From Thermoanaerobaculia bacterium (lineage in GTDB: Bacteria; Acidobacteriota; Thermoanaerobaculia; Multivoradales; JAGPDF01), in contig JAXLQW010000001.1 of NCBI GenBank assembly GCA_046331385.1, positions 3,580,366 to 3,644,365 on the forward strand: a stretch of 64,000 bases of DNA. The letters run 5' to 3'. How positions within the stretch are numbered: the first letter of the stretch is position 1; each line of letters starts with the position of its first letter. The notes beneath the pieces are model-generated. The model made no database searches and was not told the DNA's origin. It saw nothing but the letters and a program-made list of their open reading frames with translations. Position numbers and translations under genes: made by a program. This document shows, one piece after another, positions 46,650-57,506 of the stretch.

Positions 46650-48919
46650 CGCCCGCTCCCGAGCCGGGCGAGGATCTCCCGCGCCCGCTCGCGCTCGGCG
46701 CCGGCGTTGCCCGGCGCGACGGCGAGGAAGCGGCCGAGCGCCTGGCGCGCCAGCGTCCGGTCGCCGGCCTGCGCCGCCGCGAGCCCGAGGTTGTACCAGG
46801 CGTCGAGCTGACTGCCGTCGAGCTCCACCGATCGCCGCCAGGCGTCGATCGCGCGCCGCGCGTCGCCGGCGCGGAAGCGCGCCACGCCGAGCGAGTTCCA
46901 GGCGCTCGCCAGGCGCGGATCGAGCGCCGTCGCCTGTTCGAACGCCGCGGCGGCGCGGTCGAGCCGGTCGAGTGCCAGGAGCGCGACGCCCAGGTTCTCG
47001 AAGAAATCGGCGGGCGGCCGGGCCTCGCGCCGCGCCTCCTCGAGCAGCGGCAGGGCTTCGTCGTTGCGCCCGGCGTCGCCGAGGGCGAGAGCGAGGACGG
47101 TGAGCGTCGCCGGCTCGGCGCCCTTGCGCACCGCCTCGAGCAGCTCGATGGCGCGCGACGGGTTCTTGGCGGCGAGCGCCACGATCGCCAGGCGCCGGCG
47201 GACGACCTCGCTCTGCGAGCCGAGCTCGACCGCGCGCTCCATCCGCGCGTCGGCCGACGCCTCTCGCCCCAAGGCCAGGTCGACCTCGGCCATCATCTCC
47301 TCGTAGCCGGCTGGGTCCTGGGCGCGCACGCTCTCGGCGAGCGCGGTGGCGCGCGCCACGTCGCCGACCGCCAGGCTGTGCTCGGCGACCACGAGCGCGA
47401 CGGCGAAGTCGCCGCCGGACAGAGACAGGACCCGCTCCCAGGCGGCGAGCGCCTCGCGCCCCCGGCCCTGCTGGTCGTAGGCGCGCGCCAGGGCTGACCA
47501 CACGTCGCGCATCTTGTCGTTGCGCGCCAGCACGGCGAGCAGCAGGCGCTCGGCCTCGGCGTCGCGACCCTCCGCGCCCGCCTCGAGGCCGGCCTCGAGG
47601 TCGGCGAGCACGTCGCGCTGGCTGCGGGGGTCCGGGAGCTCGGCCTCGGTCGCCGCGATGCCGGTCAGATAGCCGAGCGCGGCGAGCTTGGCGGCGGTCT
47701 CGCGGGTGACGCTCTCGGGCGAGGCGAGCGGCCGTCGGGTGGCGGCGATGGCGGAGCGCAGGCGGGCGAGCTCGCGGCGCTCGCGCTCGAGGACGCTCGT
47801 GGTCTCGGCCGGGTCGGCGGCGAGGTCGAAGAGCTCGGGCGCCGGGCCGTCGACCAGAGACCAGCGCCCGTCGCTCGCCGCCTCGAGGTCGCTCCAACCG
47901 AAGTGCAGCCGGGCGTAAAAGGTCTCGGCGTAGAGCACCCGGTCCGCGGCGGGCGCGGCGAGCAGATCGCGACCGTCGAGATCGGCGGGCGCTCGCGCGC
48001 CGGCGAGCCGCGCCAGGGTCGGGGCGACGTCGACCAGGCCGACCGGCGCGGCGACCCGCCGCCCGCCGGACGAGACGCCGGGCAGCTTGAGCAACAGCGG
48101 CACGCGCAGGGTCGAGCGGTAGAGGAAGACCCCATGCCGCAGCTCGCCGTGCTCACCGAGGCCCTCGCCGTGGTCCGAGACCAAGGCGATCGCGGCGCGC
48201 TCGTAGAGCCCGCGCGAGCGGAGGTAGTCGAGCAGCCCGCCGAGCGCCGCGTCGGCGGCGGCGATCTCACCGTCGTACGGGTCGGCGTAGCGCGAGCGGT
48301 AGGGCTCGGGCGGCGCGTAGGGGGCGTGCGGCTCGTAGAGATGGACGAAGAGCAAGAAGGGTCGCGCGGCCTGGCGATCGACCCAGGCGCGGGCGGCACC
48401 GACGGTGGCGGTGCCCGAGCGTTGGACCAGGTCGAGCTCGGCCTCCGGACCCAGGGTGTCCGGACCGTCCCAGGTGTCGAACGAGCTCCCCAGCCCGGTC
48501 GCGGCGCGCAGCACGTAGCTCGAGACGAAGGCGCCGGTCGCGTAGCCCGAAGCGGCGAGCCAGCGGGCGAGGGTCGGATGCGCCGTCGCGTCGAGGGTGT
48601 AGCCGAGGTTGTCGCGCACGCCGTGCCGCGGCGGCAGCAGTCCGGTGAGCAGCGAGACGTGCGAGGGCAGGGTCAGCGGATAGTGCGCCAGAGCGTCGTT
48701 GAAGACGACGGCGTCCTCCGCCAGCGAGTCGATCGCCGGCGTCGCGACGCCCTTGGCGCCGTAGAGCGGCAGGCGGTCGGCGCGCAGGGTGTCGATCGAG
48801 ACCAGGATGACCGGCGCCCCGGGCGAGGCGGAATCCGCCTCTCGGCGACAGCCGGCGAGCAGGCTCGAGACCGGAAGGAGAGCCGCGACGATCCACGTGA
48901 GCTCGCGGCGGAGAAGCAT
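46646..48919 (-). CDS. Lipoprotein with an N-terminal sulfatase-like domain and C-terminal TPR repeats. Paralog 1 of a tandem pair.
   Basis: The 757-aa ORF has a lipobox (LLPVSSLLAGC). The sulfatase-like motifs are VILVSIDTLRADRL, PLTLPSHVSLLTG and VSDHGEGLGEHGE. About 300 aa of TPR repeats follow. Its stop overlaps the TTG start of paralog 2. Confidence 0.7.
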   Translation of the reverse strand: MLLRRELTWIVAALLPVSSLLAGCRREADSASPGAPVILVSIDTLRADRLPLYGAKGVATPAIDSLAEDAVVFNDALAHYPLTLPSHVSLLTGLLPPRHGVRDNLGYTLDATAHPTLARWLAASGYATGAFVSSYVLRAATGLGSSFDTWDGPDTLGPEAELDLVQRSGTATVGAARAWVDRQAARPFLLFVHLYEPHAPYAPPEPYRSRYADPYDGEIAAADAALGGLLDYLRSRGLYERAAIALVSDHGEGLGEHGELRHGVFLYRSTLRVPLLLKLPGVSSGGRRVAAPVGLVDVAPTLARLAGARAPADLDGRDLLAAPAADRVLYAETFYARLHFGWSDLEAASDGRWSLVDGPAPELFDLAADPAETTSVLERERRELARLRSAIAATRRPLASPESVTRETAAKLAALGYLTGIAATEAELPDPRSQRDVLADLEAGLEAGAEGRDAEAERLLLAVLARNDKMRDVWSALARAYDQQGRGREALAAWERVLSLSGGDFAVALVVAEHSLAVGDVARATALAESVRAQDPAGYEEMMAEVDLALGREASADARMERAVELGSQSEVVRRRLAIVALAAKNPSRAIELLEAVRKGAEPATLTVLALALGDAGRNDEALPLLEEARREARPPADFFENLGVALLALDRLDRAAAAFEQATALDPRLASAWNSLGVARFRAGDARRAIDAWRRSVELDGSQLDAWYNLGLAAAQAGDRTLARQALGRFLAVAPGNAGAERERAREILARLGSGR

Positions 48920-48933
48920 CGACGCGATTCTAC

Positions 48934-48966
48934 GGAAAAGAAAAGGGGGCGGCTCGCGCCGCCCCC
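48934..48966 (-). terminator. Rho-independent terminator-like hairpin (9-bp GC stem, 4-nt loop) followed by a U-rich tract, reading on the minus strand.
   Basis: The plus strand at 48945-48966 is gggggcggc-tcgc-gccgccccc, preceded by ggaaaagaaaa. On the minus strand this gives the hairpin followed by UUUUCUUUUCC. It lies 41 nt after the stop (49007) of the outer-membrane-protein gene and 15 nt before the ATG (48919) of the next gene. Confidence 0.55.
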
Positions 48967-49006
48967 AGGAACTTCCGCCGCGCGCGGCGGAGCGGATCGA
49001 ATCGAC

Positions 49007-51900
49007 CTAGAAGCGCAACCCCAGGGCGAGGACGTACTCGCGCGGCACCGCGTAGTTGGCGTTGCCGGTGCCCTTGCCGAAGCTCGTGCCCTTGGTGAAG
49101 GTGGTCGGCAGACCGAAAGCGTCCTTCGGATCGGTCGCGCCGTTGTTGGCCCGGATGCCGGTGTTGAAGGTCACCAGCTTGTCCTCGTTCAGCACGTTGG
49201 TCACCGTGAACTTGATCCACGGCGAGAGCGACTTCCACACCGGGACGCTGTAGTTGATGGCCAAGTCGAACAAGTAGACATCGTTGAACTTCCCGACTCC
49301 CCGATCGCCGAAGAAGATGGTCTGCGGCGGAAGCTGCTGATAGCCCGGGTTGGCGGCGCGTTGCTGCGTCGTCGGCGCGAAGTTGTTGACCAGGTAGCTG
49401 AACGTCTGCGCCGAGTCGTAGCGGAAGACGACGCCGAGACCGAGGGTACCGGCGCGGCCGATGTCCAAGGTGTAGTTCGTCCACAGCCGGACCTTATCGG
49501 CCTGGTAGTTCGTCAAGCGGCCATCGGGAGCGATCCGATTGCTCGGATACACCTCCGGTCGGTTGCCGAACGGCGTGGCGCCGATCGATTGCCCGGCCTC
49601 TCCTTCGTAGGTGCCGTCGTTCTTCAGCTGATGAGTCCAGTTGCCCTCGAGCGAGAGGCTCGGGGTGAAGTTGTACTTGGCCTCGATCTGCAGCCCCTGG
49701 TACTTGCGCTTCGGGCTCGAGGTGTTCCGATAGACGACCTTGTCGAAGCAACCGGCGTTGATCCCTTCCACGATGACGTCGACGCAGCCCTGATCGATGG
49801 TGACGAAGTCGTCGATGAGGTCCTTGGTGTCGCGATCGACATAGGAGAGCTTCGCGTAGCCGCCCTTCGGCAGCTGCATGCCGTACGACAGGGTGAACTC
49901 GCGCGCCACCGGTGCGTGCAGGCCGTTCTCGAAGAAGATGTTCTGCGTCGGCGCCGCGGCGCCGTAGGTCACGTAGTTGCTCGGATCGAGACCCGGGGCG
50001 AAGTCGATGCCCTGGCCCTCGGGGCCGACATAGTAGCCGTAGATCCCGAGCGGGTTGCCGACCGGCGTGTTGCGGCCGAGGATCGCCGGGTTGTAGCGGC
50101 CGGCGTACTCGGCGTAGGTGACGTCGAACTTGTACTTGCCGTCACCGTTCAGGTCGAAGGACCCGCCGAGGCGCGGCACGAAGGTGGTGGTGTCCAGCGT
50201 GTTGATGCCGCCCGTGGCTTCCGACTTGACCTTCTCGTAGCGCACTCCGAGGTTGAACGACCAGTGCTCGTTCAGGTTCCAGCGGTCGTTGAAGAAGAGC
50301 GAGTCGGTGGTGATGTCGAGCTTGGCGCCGCGGGTCGGAATGTAATTCGCGATCAGGCTCAGCCCCTGGAGGAAGAGCGGGATGTAGCGACCGTTGGCGT
50401 CGGTCTGCGGATTGCCGTCGGCGTCGGTGAGCACGTCGCTGAAGTAGACGAAGTTGGTCGCGGTCTGGCTGTTGCCGCCGGTGCGGGTGACGGTGAAGCG
50501 CTCGACGCCGAATTTCAGGTCGTGGCTGCCGGCTCCCTGGGTGGCAAGGAAGTACGACAGGGCGCCCGAATACTGCTTGTTGTTGCGGTCCTCGGGGTCC
50601 GTGGCGTCGAAGTACGGCGCGTTGTAGAGCCCCGAAATTCCGTTGGTGAGGCCGAGCGCGTAGAACGGCGAATCCTTGATGTCGGTCGAGGTGCCGCCCA
50701 GGCCCTTGAACTGGAACTTCTTCTCCGAGTAGCGCAGCTCGCCGAACAAGCTGTTGGTGAACACGCCCGAGTAGGTCACCGAATAGCCGTCGTTCGGAAA
50801 CTCGGCGTTGGCGTTGAGCGACCGCAGGTCGAACGGCGCGAGCTGACGGTTGTTCTTCTGCTTGCGGTCGTTGTTCAGGTAGGAAACCTGCAACGAGTTG
50901 TTCGGGGTGATGTTGCCGGTCAGCTTGATCTCGTAGCGCGGGCTGTCGTCCGTGTTGATGTAGGGCGTGCCGGTGGTCTGCAGGGTCAGCGCGTTGTCGC
51001 GCTTGAACTGCCGGCCGGCGACGAAGAACCACAGCCGGTCCTTGACGATCGGGCCGCCGAGGGTGGCGCTGTAGGTCTTGTTGAGGTCGCCCTTGCGCTC
51101 GGTTCCCTTGCTCTTCTCGAACGGCGTCTCGTCGCGCCATTCGGGCTTGTCGAGGTCGGCGCGGAAGGTGCCGCTGAACTGGTTGCCGCCGCTCTTGGTG
51201 ATGGCGTTGATGACGCCGCCGGTGAAGCCGCCGTACTCGGACGAGATGCCCGAGGTCAGCACCTGGGTCTCCTCGATCGCGTCCTCGATGAACAGGCCGT
51301 TCGTCTGCCCGAAGATCGGGTCTTGAACGTTCACACCGTTGATCAAGATCGAGTTGTCGTAGGCCAGAGCGCCGTTGATCGTCACCTGGCCGGCGACCGG
51401 GGTGTTGTCGGTCAGGCCGGCGGCGAGGTCGGCGATGGTCGTGGGAGTGCGCACGACCGGCAGCTGGTCGACCGTCTGCTTCTCGAGGTTGGCGCCGATG
51501 GTGGTGGTCTCAAGGGCCGACGGCGCCTCGCCGGTCACCACGATCGTCTCTTCCGCCGCGGCGGCCTCGAGCGAGGCGTCCGAGCGCGCGGTGCCGCCGA
51601 GCGGCAGGGTCGCGGCACGCTCGACGGTCTTCATGCCTTCGATCGAGAAGCTCACTTTGTACTCGCCTGGCGGCAGGCCGCGCAGGACATAGTCACCGTT
51701 GATGCCGGTGACCGTGGTCCGCTCGCCGATCAGGGCCGGCGAGGTCACGGTGACGGTGACGCCCGGAAGCGGCTCGCCGTCGAGAGACTTCACGGTGCCG
51801 GACAGGGTCGCGGTCTGGACGCCCTGGGCGAACAGGCCCGCGCCGAAAGCCAGCGCGAGCGCGAGTCCGAGGGCAATCGTTCGAACGCTTGCCTTCATCA
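49007..51900 (-). CDS. TonB-dependent-receptor-like outer-membrane beta-barrel protein with an N-terminal carboxypeptidase-regulatory-like (CarbopepD_reg) domain.
   Basis: The true start is MMKASVRTIALGLALALAFGAGLFAQG (signal peptide). The CarbopepD-like domain is TATLSGTVKSLDGEPLPGVTVTVTS...GDYVLRGLPPGEYKVSFS, and a plug-like region is DQLPVVRTPTTIADLA. A long G/N/Y/T-rich barrel follows, ending in ...LALGLRF (C-terminal aromatic). The exact start is uncertain to within a few nt. Confidence 0.75.
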
Positions 51901-52106
51901 TGCTCCTCCTTCGTTGGGTAGCAGGTTCTCCGCCGTAGCTGGCGAAGGGCTCCGAACTAGCCAGTTTCAGAGCGAGGGGCATGCCAATCCGAACCCGCTG
52001 CGTCCGGTTCATCACATGGCGGTCAACTCACTTTGAAATCAGCCGGATCCGGTCGGTATCGCGAGAGCGGTTTCGGTCCGCACGGAGGGGCCTTTCGTCC
52101 CTCGAT

Positions 52107-54122
52107 TCAAGGATTTGGTGGGTCCCCGGAAGGGGGCTCCGGATGAATGGACTCGGATGTCGAATCAGCATGATCGGCGGGCCGGCGCGGGCGCACCAGG
52201 CGCACGTCTCCCTGGCGGCGGGTGACCCCGCGCGCGTCGAGCGCTTCGAGGATCGGGATGGCCCACTTGCGGGTCAGGGAGAAGCGCTCCTTGAACTGCG
52301 GCACGCTGAAGCGCTGCCAACCGGTCTCGACGAGCTCGCGCTCGACCCGAGCCAGCGCCGAGCTCGCCAGCACCAGCTCTCCCGGGAGCTTCACGAGCTC
52401 GCCCTGGCGCACGAGATAGCGCACGAGACCTTCGACGATCTGCGGCTTGGCGCCGAGCTCGCGCGCCACCTGCGCCGGCGACGGACCTTCGAGTCCAGCG
52501 GCCGCGTAGCGCGCGAGGATCTGCCCCGCCAGCCCGGTTTCGTCGCTCGACAGCCGGGCGAAGCGGCCGGGCGGCGCGATCCCCTCGGGGACCGGCGAGG
52601 CGATCCCCGCCGCGGCGAGCGCCGCGAGGTAGAAATCGCCGAGCGGCAGGGCGTTTTTCGCCAACAGCCGGCGCAGGAACTCGGCTCTCGGCATCGCCGG
52701 GGCGAGCGGCTCGCGGCGAAAGAAGTCGGCGAGCAGGGCGCGTGCCTCGCCGACCATGTGGGTGATGGCGGCGGTCTGGAGCACCCGTCGCTCGGCGCCC
52801 TGGCCGAGCGCCGCGAGCTCGCCGCGCTCGAGCGCCGGAGCGAGGGACGCGGCGACCTCGGCCAGCGTCAGGCCGGCGCGGGCCGCGAGCTCGCCGTAGG
52901 TGGCGCCGGCCTCGGCGGCGGCCGTGATCCAGGCCACGAGCGCCCGGGGCAGTTCGCCCGCGAGGGCCGGCAGGATCTCGGCGCGCCGGGCCGCGGCGAT
53001 CGGCCGCCACCACGGATCGAGGATCTCGCCGCCGCCGAGCGTCGCCGCGGGCGATGGCCGGCGGACGACGAAGCGATCGCCGCGCGTCGCGGCGAGCGCC
53101 CTGGCGAGGCGCAGCTCGACGATCCCGCTCGTGCCCGGTGCGAGGGCCGCGGGTGAGAGCGGGCGCAACCACGCCATGCGCTCCGCGGCGTAGACGAAGA
53201 GCCGCACCGCGAGCGGCCGGGCGAGCTCGGCTCCAGCCTCCGCGAGCAGGGTGAAGCGCGCCAGCAGGCGGCGTGTCGGGCGCGCGCCGTCGCCGGCCAC
53301 CAGCTCGTCGCCGCGCTCGAGGTCGGTCGTCTCGACGCCGGCGAGCTGGAGCGCCACTCGTTCGCCGGCGAGCGCCCGGGCTCGCGGCCGGCCGTGCACT
53401 TGCAGCGAGCGCACCCGCGTCGCGAGCTCCTCGGGGCGGCGGTGCAGGGTCGCGCCGGGAGCGATCTCGCCGGCGACCAGCGTCCCGGTCACGACCACGC
53501 CCTGACCGCGCAGAGCGAAAACGCGGTCGATCGGCAAGCGCGCCGGGCGCGCGCCGCGGCGCTCCTCCGGCAGGTCGCGGGCGAGTCCGACCAAGGCGTC
53601 CGCCAGGCGCTCGACGCCGTCGCCGCTGGCGCTCGACAGGCGGTGGATCGGCGCCCGCGGCCAGGGCGAGTCCGCCAGCAGCTCGCCGAGCTCGAGCTCG
53701 ACGAGATCGGTCGCCGCGGGGCGCGCGAGATCGATCTTGGTGAGCGCGACGATGAGGTGAGGGATGGCGAGCAGGCGGGCGACCGCCAGATGCTCGCGCG
53801 TCTGCGGCTTGACGCCCTCGTCGGCCGCGACCACCAGGAGCAGGCAACGGATCCCCCCCAAGCCGGCGAGCGCGTTGTGCAGGAACTTGTGATGTCCGGG
53901 GACATCGACGAAGCCGACTATGGCGCCGCCGCGCTCGAGGTGGGCGAACCCGAGGTCGATGGTGATGCCGCGCGCCTTCTCCTCCGCCAGCCGGTCGCAG
54001 TCGATGCCGGTCAGGGCGCGCACCAGCGCCGTCTTGCCGTGGTCGACGTGCCCGGCGGTTCCGACGAGGAGGGTCGGCCGGCGCTCCGCCGTGGCGTCAA
54101 CCTCGCTGCGCGTCGCGCTCAC
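52107..54122 (-). CDS. selB: Selenocysteine-specific translation elongation factor SelB.
   Basis: The GTG start gives ...[48 protein letters not shown], the SelB-type G-domain. Downstream are DVPGHHKFL and ALTKIDL, then C-terminal winged-helix-like domains. The upstream part of the ORF is artefact. Confidence 0.85.
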   Translation of the reverse strand: MSATRSEVDATAERRPTLLVGTAGHVDHGKTALVRALTGIDCDRLAEEKARGITIDLGFAHLERGGAIVGFVDVPGHHKFLHNALAGLGGIRCLLLVVAADEGVKPQTREHLAVARLLAIPHLIVALTKIDLARPAATDLVELELGELLADSPWPRAPIHRLSSASGDGVERLADALVGLARDLPEERRGARPARLPIDRVFALRGQGVVVTGTLVAGEIAPGATLHRRPEELATRVRSLQVHGRPRARALAGERVALQLAGVETTDLERGDELVAGDGARPTRRLLARFTLLAEAGAELARPLAVRLFVYAAERMAWLRPLSPAALAPGTSGIVELRLARALAATRGDRFVVRRPSPAATLGGGEILDPWWRPIAAARRAEILPALAGELPRALVAWITAAAEAGATYGELAARAGLTLAEVAASLAPALERGELAALGQGAERRVLQTAAITHMVGEARALLADFFRREPLAPAMPRAEFLRRLLAKNALPLGDFYLAALAAAGIASPVPEGIAPPGRFARLSSDETGLAGQILARYAAAGLEGPSPAQVARELGAKPQIVEGLVRYLVRQGELVKLPGELVLASSALARVERELVETGWQRFSVPQFKERFSLTRKWAIPILEALDARGVTRRQGDVRLVRPRRPADHADSTSESIHPEPPSGDPPNP

Positions 54123-54156
54123 TGATCGATCCTCGCGGCCCGCGGGCGGCGCGCGC

Positions 54157-56364
54157 TCAACGCGCCGGGATCTCGATGCGAAAAACGCTGCCGTGCGGCT
54201 CGTTCGCCTCCACCCGCAGCGTTCCATGGTGGTCCGAGACCATGCGATGGACGATCGCGAGTCCCATGCCGGTGCCGCGCTTCTTGGTGGAGAAGAAGGG
54301 CAGGAAGAGCTTCTCGCGCAGCTCGGGCGGCACGCCGCGGCCGCTGTCGGCGACCGCGATCTCCACCCGGTCGTCGCGGCGCGCGGCCGAGACCTCGACC
54401 GTGCCTGGCGGCTCGACCGCCTCGAGCGCGTTGTCGATCAGATTGATCAGCACGCGGCGCATCTGCTCGGGGTCCAGCCAGATCTCGCCGAGATTCTCGC
54501 CGACGAGATTGCGCAGCTCGACGCCCGGCTTGACGTCGCGATAGAGCGCCACCACCTCCGCCACCAGCGGCCGCAGCGCGGTCGGCGCCAGTTGCGGGCC
54601 GGGCATCTTGGCGTAGCGCGAGAACTCGTCGACCATCGCCTGCATGGTCGCCACCTCGCGGCCGATGATCTCGACCGACTCCTCGAGCAGCGGACCCAGT
54701 TGCGCGTCGCCTTGGCGGTGGCGGCGCAGCAGGCGCTCGGCGGCGAGCCGGATCGGCGTCAGCGGGTTCTTGATCTCGTGCGCGATGCGCCGCGCGGCCT
54801 CCGTCCAGGCGGCGAGCTTCTGCGCCTTGACCAGCTCGGTGAGCTCCTCGAGCACCACCACCCGGCCGGCCGCCTCGCCGCTCGCCGCGCGCAGGCGGGT
54901 GACCTTGGCCTCGAAGGTCTTGCGCTCGCCGGCGAGCACCAGCTGCACCTCGGAGGCGGCGCGCCGGCCGCCGCCGGCCTCGCGCTCGAGGAAGGCCGCG
55001 AGCGGCGCGTGCTCGGCGTCGCCCCAGGCCTCGGCCGGCGTGCGCCCGACGAGCGCGCTCTCCTCTTGGCGCAGCATCTGCAGCGCGGCGGCGTTGGCGG
55101 TCAGGATGCGCCCGCCGGGATCGAGCGACACCACGCCGGCGGCGAGGTTCTCGAGGATCGCCCCGACCAGGCCGCGCTCTTCGGCGATTCGCTGGTTGGC
55201 GGCGCGCAGCTCGCGGGTGCTGCGCTCGACCAGCTCGCGGTTGCGCGCCAGCTCCTCGGTCATGCGGTTGAAGGACTCGACCACGCCGGCCATCTCGTCG
55301 TCGGCGGCCACCTCGATGCGCTCGTCGAGGTTGCCCGAGGAGATGCGCCGCGTGCCCTCGGCGAGCGCCTGGATCGGCGTCATCACCCGGCGCGCGAGAT
55401 AGAGACCCATCCAGGACGAGGCGAGCAGGATGAGCAGGGTCACGAGCAGGAAGGTCAGCAGATAGCTCGCCTTGAACTCGCCCTTCTGCACCTCGAGCTG
55501 GCGATAGCTCTGATACGACTGGATGAGCTCCTCGCTCGACGCCGCCAGGCGGGGATCGAGCAGCGAGCCGACGGCGACGATCGCCCGCCGTCCCGAAGGG
55601 TCGGGCGCGGGCGCCGCGGCCACCGCCAGGATCAGGCGGCCGCGGGTCCCCGGCGGCAACAGGACCCGGTCGGCGCGCCCGCGGTCGAGCGCCTCGCGCA
55701 AGGCGCTGCGCCCGATCTCGGGCAGATCGGTGATCCCGGACTGCGAATCCACCACCGCCTGGACGAAGTCCTGGTCGTCGAAAACCGCCAGGTAGTCGGC
55801 GCCCGCGTCGGCGCGGAAATCGGCGAGCCGGCGCGAGAGGCGGGCGCGTTCCGCGGCGGCGCCGAGATCGAGGCGCTGCACCTCGCGCAGCACGCGCCGC
55901 GCCTCGCGGAAGTTGCGCTCGGTGATCGTCTGCTGCAAGACCTGGGCGACGTCGCTGCCTTGGCGCAGGACGCTGCGCAGCGACTCCGAGAACCAGCGGT
56001 CGACGGCGCCCTGAAGCATCTCGCTGGCGTAGAAGAAGAGCAGCAGGACCGGCACCAGCGACAGGCCGACGTAGGTGGCGACGAGCTTGGTCTTGAAGCG
56101 CGCTCCGAGCACCCGCTGCCGGCGGTCGACCCAGAGTTTGTACAGGTTGCGCGCCAGGACGAAGAGGATGACGACGATCAGCAGCAGGTTGACGTTGCGC
56201 AGGAAGAAGAGCAGGACGCGGTTGGTGACCAGAGTCGCCGGCAGGTCCCTGCCGCGCTGCACGAGGTAGTAGATGATCGTCAGCAGGCCGAGCAGCAGCG
56301 CCAGCACCGCGGCGACGAAGCGCGTGTCCTTGCGCCGGCGGTCGAATTCTTCTCGCAGGTCCAT
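54157..56364 (-). CDS. Two-component sensor histidine kinase, NtrY-like architecture (N-terminal TM region, HAMP, PAS, HisKA, HATPase_c).
   Basis: The 735-aa ORF has N-terminal TM helices, a HAMP-like region ([29 protein letters not shown]), a PAS region, the H-box [18 protein letters not shown], and G-boxes ([16 protein letters not shown]). Confidence 0.85.
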   Translation of the reverse strand: MDLREEFDRRRKDTRFVAAVLALLLGLLTIIYYLVQRGRDLPATLVTNRVLLFFLRNVNLLLIVVILFVLARNLYKLWVDRRQRVLGARFKTKLVATYVGLSLVPVLLLFFYASEMLQGAVDRWFSESLRSVLRQGSDVAQVLQQTITERNFREARRVLREVQRLDLGAAAERARLSRRLADFRADAGADYLAVFDDQDFVQAVVDSQSGITDLPEIGRSALREALDRGRADRVLLPPGTRGRLILAVAAAPAPDPSGRRAIVAVGSLLDPRLAASSEELIQSYQSYRQLEVQKGEFKASYLLTFLLVTLLILLASSWMGLYLARRVMTPIQALAEGTRRISSGNLDERIEVAADDEMAGVVESFNRMTEELARNRELVERSTRELRAANQRIAEERGLVGAILENLAAGVVSLDPGGRILTANAAALQMLRQEESALVGRTPAEAWGDAEHAPLAAFLEREAGGGRRAASEVQLVLAGERKTFEAKVTRLRAASGEAAGRVVVLEELTELVKAQKLAAWTEAARRIAHEIKNPLTPIRLAAERLLRRHRQGDAQLGPLLEESVEIIGREVATMQAMVDEFSRYAKMPGPQLAPTALRPLVAEVVALYRDVKPGVELRNLVGENLGEIWLDPEQMRRVLINLIDNALEAVEPPGTVEVSAARRDDRVEIAVADSGRGVPPELREKLFLPFFSTKKRGTGMGLAIVHRMVSDHHGTLRVEANEPHGSVFRIEIPAR

Positions 56365-56376
56365 CGCGGAGTCGCG

Positions 56377-56919
56377 CTAGAGCGGCGGGTCGACGCCGCG
56401 AACCTTGTTCGATTCGATCCACGGCGTCGTGGTCTGGAAGGGAATGAAACCGAGAACCTGCGACGTGCCGAGCTCGACGCGCACCCGTACCAGATAGCGC
56501 TCGCGACGCGAAGACTCCTGGAGCACGAAAGCGGGCACGGCGGTGAACTGGGTCATCGCGCGCCGCAGCTCGCCCTCGTCGCGCAGAGTGCGGCTGTCGA
56601 TCAGCTTGCCGTCGTGCTTGGTGTTCACCAGGTACTCGTGGGTGACCGCGTTGTACATCGCGTCGACGTCGATCCGCGAGGAGTCGAGATAGCGGTCCCA
56701 CCAGTGCGCGCGGTCGCGCATCAGCTGCAGCTCGTAGACGAAACCGGTGGGCAGTCCGCTCTCGATGCGCTCGCGCAGCTCGGCGCCGAAACCGTCGACG
56801 AGCTCGAAGGAGACGAGGATCTGGCGGCCGTTGAGGGCGATCGCCAGCTTCTGGATCGAGGGCTCTCCTCCCCCTCCGGCGAGGAGGCCGGCGAAGAGCA
56901 GCGCGGCGAGGGAGCCCAT
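56377..56919 (-). CDS. Small periplasmic protein, possibly DUF4390 (a family commonly encoded next to NtrY-like kinases).
   Basis: The start was chosen at [16 protein letters not shown] (signal peptide), giving about 180 aa. The position immediately upstream of an NtrY-like kinase matches the usual DUF4390 context. The family call is from memory and is weak. Confidence 0.45.
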   Translation of the reverse strand: MGSLAALLFAGLLAGGGGEPSIQKLAIALNGRQILVSFELVDGFGAELRERIESGLPTGFVYELQLMRDRAHWWDRYLDSSRIDVDAMYNAVTHEYLVNTKHDGKLIDSRTLRDEGELRRAMTQFTAVPAFVLQESSRRERYLVRVRVELGTSQVLGFIPFQTTTPWIESNKVRGVDPPL

Positions 56920-56993
56920 CCGACGAAATCTACCATCCGGACCGGCGCGAATTCGGCCCACGACGAGGCTAGACTGGCGCTCTTGGAGGCTTC

Positions 56994-57467
56994 TTGAGCG
57001 ACACCCCCGCGGCGGTCCGGCCGCTCGCGAGCAACCGGCGGGCCGCGCACGACTATTTCCTGCACGACCGCGTCGAGGCCGGCATCGAGTTGCGCGGGAC
57101 GGAGGTGAAGGCCGCGCGCACCGGCAAGGTGCAGCTCGCCGACGCTTTCGTCGAATTCCGCGACGGGGAGGCGTACCTCGTCGGGGCGCACATCAGTCCG
57201 TACAGCCACGGCAACCGGGAGAACCACCTGCCCGATCGCGAGCGCCGGCTGCTGCTGCACCGGCGGGAGATCGACAAGCTCGCCGGGCGCGCGCTCGCCA
57301 AGGGGTTCACCGTCATTCCGCTGGCGATTTACCTGCGCGGCGACCGGATCAAGGTCGAAATCGCCCTCGCGCAGGGCAAGAAGCTCTTCGACAAGCGTGA
57401 AACCGAGCGCCGCAAGGAGCTCGAACGCGAGGCGGCCGCCGCGATGCGCGGCGACCGGTGGGAGTAA
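56994..57467 (+). CDS. smpB: SsrA-binding protein SmpB (trans-translation).
   Basis: The 157-aa ORF reads [29 protein letters not shown]...HISPYSHGN...[15 protein letters not shown]...[28 protein letters not shown]. This matches SmpB along its full length. The start is a TTG. Confidence 0.9.
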   Translation: MSDTPAAVRPLASNRRAAHDYFLHDRVEAGIELRGTEVKAARTGKVQLADAFVEFRDGEAYLVGAHISPYSHGNRENHLPDRERRLLLHRREIDKLAGRALAKGFTVIPLAIYLRGDRIKVEIALAQGKKLFDKRETERRKELEREAAAAMRGDRWE

Positions 57468-57506
57468 AATCTGGTCTACATGTCTCACGACCGACGGAGG
57501 TCTGCG

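Noticed and set aside
52118-52140. Short cccc-ggaa-gggg hairpin near the selB 3' end.
   Set aside because: The stem is only 4 bp and it lies inside the selB coding region. It is not convincing as a terminator or SECIS-like element.
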